Source of the DNA: Bigelowiella natans CCMP2755
Taxonomy: Eukaryota; Protista; Cercozoa
Assembly: GCA_000320545.1 (NCBI GenBank)
Contig: ADNK01000489.1
Location: forward strand, 62,001 to 126,000
Length of the DNA stretch: 64,000 nt
Reading direction: 5' to 3'
The translations under genes were made by a program, and so were the position numbers. This document shows positions 61,071 to 64,000 of this stretch, piece by piece (positions within the stretch are counted from its first letter, which is position 1; every line of letters begins with the position of its first letter). The notes below the pieces were generated by a model. It was not told where the DNA came from, ran no database searches, and saw only the letters and a program-made list of their open reading frames with translations.

Positions 61071-61750
61071 ATGTAAGCCCCGTTGATGGATGCGATTGCA
61101 CCTGCAACGAGGCACGAAAAAAAACAGCAGTGCGCGAGATAGTCGCGTGCAAGAAGTTTCATGATGATGGGAACTGCCACGTTCCCTTGCTGTGATGGAT
61201 CGCTGCTCGACGATGCGACGATGTGTGCATCGTCGGCCGTCGTTCATTTCCAAGTTTAGGTGATGTCGAAACACGCTTGCTAGCTTGCTGCAGACAAGAC
61301 TGTCGTTTGTGGTGTGTGTGCGCAGTCACTAGGTCATGCCAAGTAGGATCGGATGCGACTGCAATTTGCTCGCATGCAACGCTAGAACGCCACGTAGCGT
61401 GGAATTCTCTCTGTGTGCCAATCTAGCAATGCACACACGCGCATGGCCACGTTGTAACGTCTTGTGCTCCATCCAACGGTCTGCACGCATGCTTGCGATG
61501 CAGCCGATGCAATGCATCGCATGTCCAATCTCATCTAGCTAACAATGCTGTTTCCTAGTGGCATGATGCATGCTCAGCATGTAGCAGCTGCTACATCGCA
61601 TGGACAGTAATGATGGCAGCAGCAGCAATGTTAGACATGATGCGCATCAAGCGTCTGCAGTGGGATGCTAGCTAGCCCCTTCGCACAGTCCTGCGCGGAA
61701 CATGTGCGACCTCTTTCACAGATGTTCCACGTAATTGACCAAAATGAAGT
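61070..61750. other. CTAG/GCAT-rich degenerate spacer 3' of SPATA17-like
   Basis: gcttgctagcttgc, gctagctagc, gatgcatgc; continuous with the TpA-depleted patch. Confidence 0.55.
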
Positions 61751-61872
61751 GCTTGTGCATTTGACGGTAATGTAACTTTTAGTAATTTGGTAACTAATTG
61801 GACGGCGCTTTCCTACGTTCCAACAACGCTGTCATGACACACACTCATAGGCCGACGACCATCTTCCAGATC

Positions 61873-63604
61873 CTAATGACCACGAATTCTAGCAGCTTTA
61901 TCTCTGAGTTTCTTTCTTCGCACTTCACGTATGTGAACGGGAGAGGGTTGTGATGCATACGTAAATTGTGAGGAACCATCATCCTTTGGGCTACCAGGTA
62001 CTGAATTCAACCGTGATACGATTCTGGAGGTCTGACGGGAAGTAGCAGAGGAGTCCGGCCCCATAGGGTCTGGATTCTCTCCGAACTCAAATCGTCGAGA
62101 ACGAGAGCCAAATGGGTAGAAGTTCGGCTTGGTTTTGCCTTTGATTCTCTGCTTCGCATATTTCTTTCTAATCGACTGCTGGATGTTAGAGACTTGGTAC
62201 TGCCGAGACTGGCTGAAGTTGTGCTTTATGTGCTGCTCTATTGGAACGCCAAATGCTGTGGTCTGGAACCCACTGCAAAATATCAATTATGGGAAATAAT
62301 AATGACAGGAGATTCAGAAGACAATCAATGTGATAGATCAGAAAATCACTCGGGAGAAACACGGAACTAAACTGGAACCCACATCATGGGTAGATAAAAG
62401 CTGCATTGTCGAAATTCAGAAAAGAAAAAAAAATAATGAGAGCTATGAGCTGCTCAAAAAGGAAGCAACTGATCAAAATATTAGAAGACAAACTTCCCTT
62501 GAATGTATCTAATTCTATTTATGATACGATTATCATATTCAGAACAATGTTGTGTTGTTAATTAGCTCGCCAGGATTTAATAAAAGAAATCACCTTGCAT
62601 TGAAGACACCCGGTTGGGTTTTAGTGCTGAGGAGATGGTGCATATTTGACGTTAGATTCGAGAATTTTATAGCCATGGCACGTTCTTGCTCCGCTTGTAG
62701 TTTTGCGTAGTTTTCTCTCTCCTTCTCATCTAGGGCTGCCATCATTTTTATACTCTGAAGAAGATAAAGATAGAGAGATAGAAATAAGTCCGTGAGATCT
62801 TCACATCTAAACTCATCGAATCAGTTAGAGGTTGAAACAAAAATATGGCTTGAGCTATGTCTATATAAAGGAACCTTCTCGTGGATTGTACGGATATATT
62901 CTCTTCTCTTGTAGAAGTCATGTTTTGTCTTCCTACTCGTATAACCCCTCCACCTGGGGATCAAAAGGGAACAAATTAGAGATTATGAAATTCCGGCTCG
63001 TTAAAATTGAAACTTACACTTTCTGGATCTTGGTAGCCAAATAGTTGTAGTATTCGGCGTTTTGCTGCTGGAAATGTTTCGCCTTTATGGCACTGACCCT
63101 ATTTAAAGCAATGCTTAAAGAAACCCAAAAAGATATGTTGCATCCAACTTCGAACCTTTTCCTATCTCGATGACCGCGCCATAACCTTTGCATTTCCGTT
63201 GCTCTTTTGCTGAGAAATATTTGCAAGTGGAGTACAATCATTAGGTCGATCATTAGTGATTGCCTGAAAATGGCTTGTTCTATGGCTCGCACTTACTTCA
63301 AAATTCTGATGTATCTCCTAGCCATCCATCCGCGGACAAACCTTTGTATCCTAACTACTGCCCTCAGCTCATTTGAGCGATTTTTCTCTGTTTCTCTAAA
63401 GAGAGGGATGGGGAGATAGGAAAAATAAATTCCAGTCGAGACAAATATAGTATCCGATAACAATTGGGAATCTAGAACAAAAGTCTACGAAACACTGAAA
63501 GTTTACAGAGAAACACACTAATTTTATCACCTAAGAGCATCAAACAGATCCGCCATCATCTGCATGGGCTCCGACTCTTTGATTCGAAGGTAGGCTAGCG
63601 CCAT
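61873..63604 (-). CDS. SPATA17: IQ-motif axonemal protein, SPATA17-like (multi-exon)
   Basis: MALAYLRIK…|…RIQRFVRGWMARRYI…|…EMQRLWRGHRDRKRF|…YNYLATKIQK|…GYTSRK..HDFY.RREYI…|…MHHLLSTKTQPGVFN: three IQ motifs plus the HxLLSTKxxPGxxN signature. Confidence 0.8.
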
Positions 63605-64000
63605 TTGTTATTGTCCCTCCTCCTGAGTGGAGCGTAAGACGAAAGATTCGCTGGCACGACGTCTTGCTCTGGGTATTGGCAAATGTGCGTCTCTTCGAGA
63701 AAGTCCAGTAAAACCGGGACCTTCGTTAAGAAACGACAGTCACAGCTTACGCACGATCTCTCGAACTTCGTACGTAGGACACCCTAGCTCTGGCGAACTG
63801 GCCAACGACGGGGGGGGGAAACTCTGGCAGGTATCTGTCAGCCACAATGGATTACTGACGACAACATTGGCGATAGAAAAACGCATGGAATTTTATATTA
63901 GAGACAGATATATTTTGTTGTCGTAAGTGAATAACCCCATGTACTCGATCTCGATTTCGATCCAAGGAAGGATGAGATTCGGTCGAAGAAACTCCCGACC

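Overview
Eukaryotic nuclear DNA from a protist. It has GT-AG spliceosomal introns and axonemal genes. The Ras switch-II sequence QDEFSSMQDQWMRDG reminds me of rhizarian Ras proteins, but the taxonomy is only an inference. Contents: (1) a 5'-truncated APE+RT LINE retrotransposon (~211-4098, minus) in a cluster of its own 3'-end fragments and (TA)n remnants; (2) a ~25-kb multi-exon minus-strand gene for a giant (~7,600 aa or more) IPT/TIG-repeat, multi-TM, WD40/PH membrane protein; (3) two hypothetical genes, an ankyrin-repeat gene, a CPBP (Abi/CAAX-protease-like) gene, Ras, DRG2, a LisH-CTLH-WD40 gene, DRC1 and SPATA17-like. The main signal is a localized, near-complete erasure of TpA dinucleotides by TpA->TpG/CpA transitions in the LINE: 4 TpA in ~3.9 kb by manual count, catalytic YxDD changed to HCDD, and no Tyr in ~1,075 aa. 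A second TpA-depleted patch lies at ~60.3-61.1 kb. Several spacers downstream of gene 3' ends are rich in CTAG/GCAT palindromes and micro-duplications. Together these look like a repeat-directed A:T->G:C mutagenesis system, the mirror image of fungal RIP. Genes and intronic (TA)n tracts are spared.
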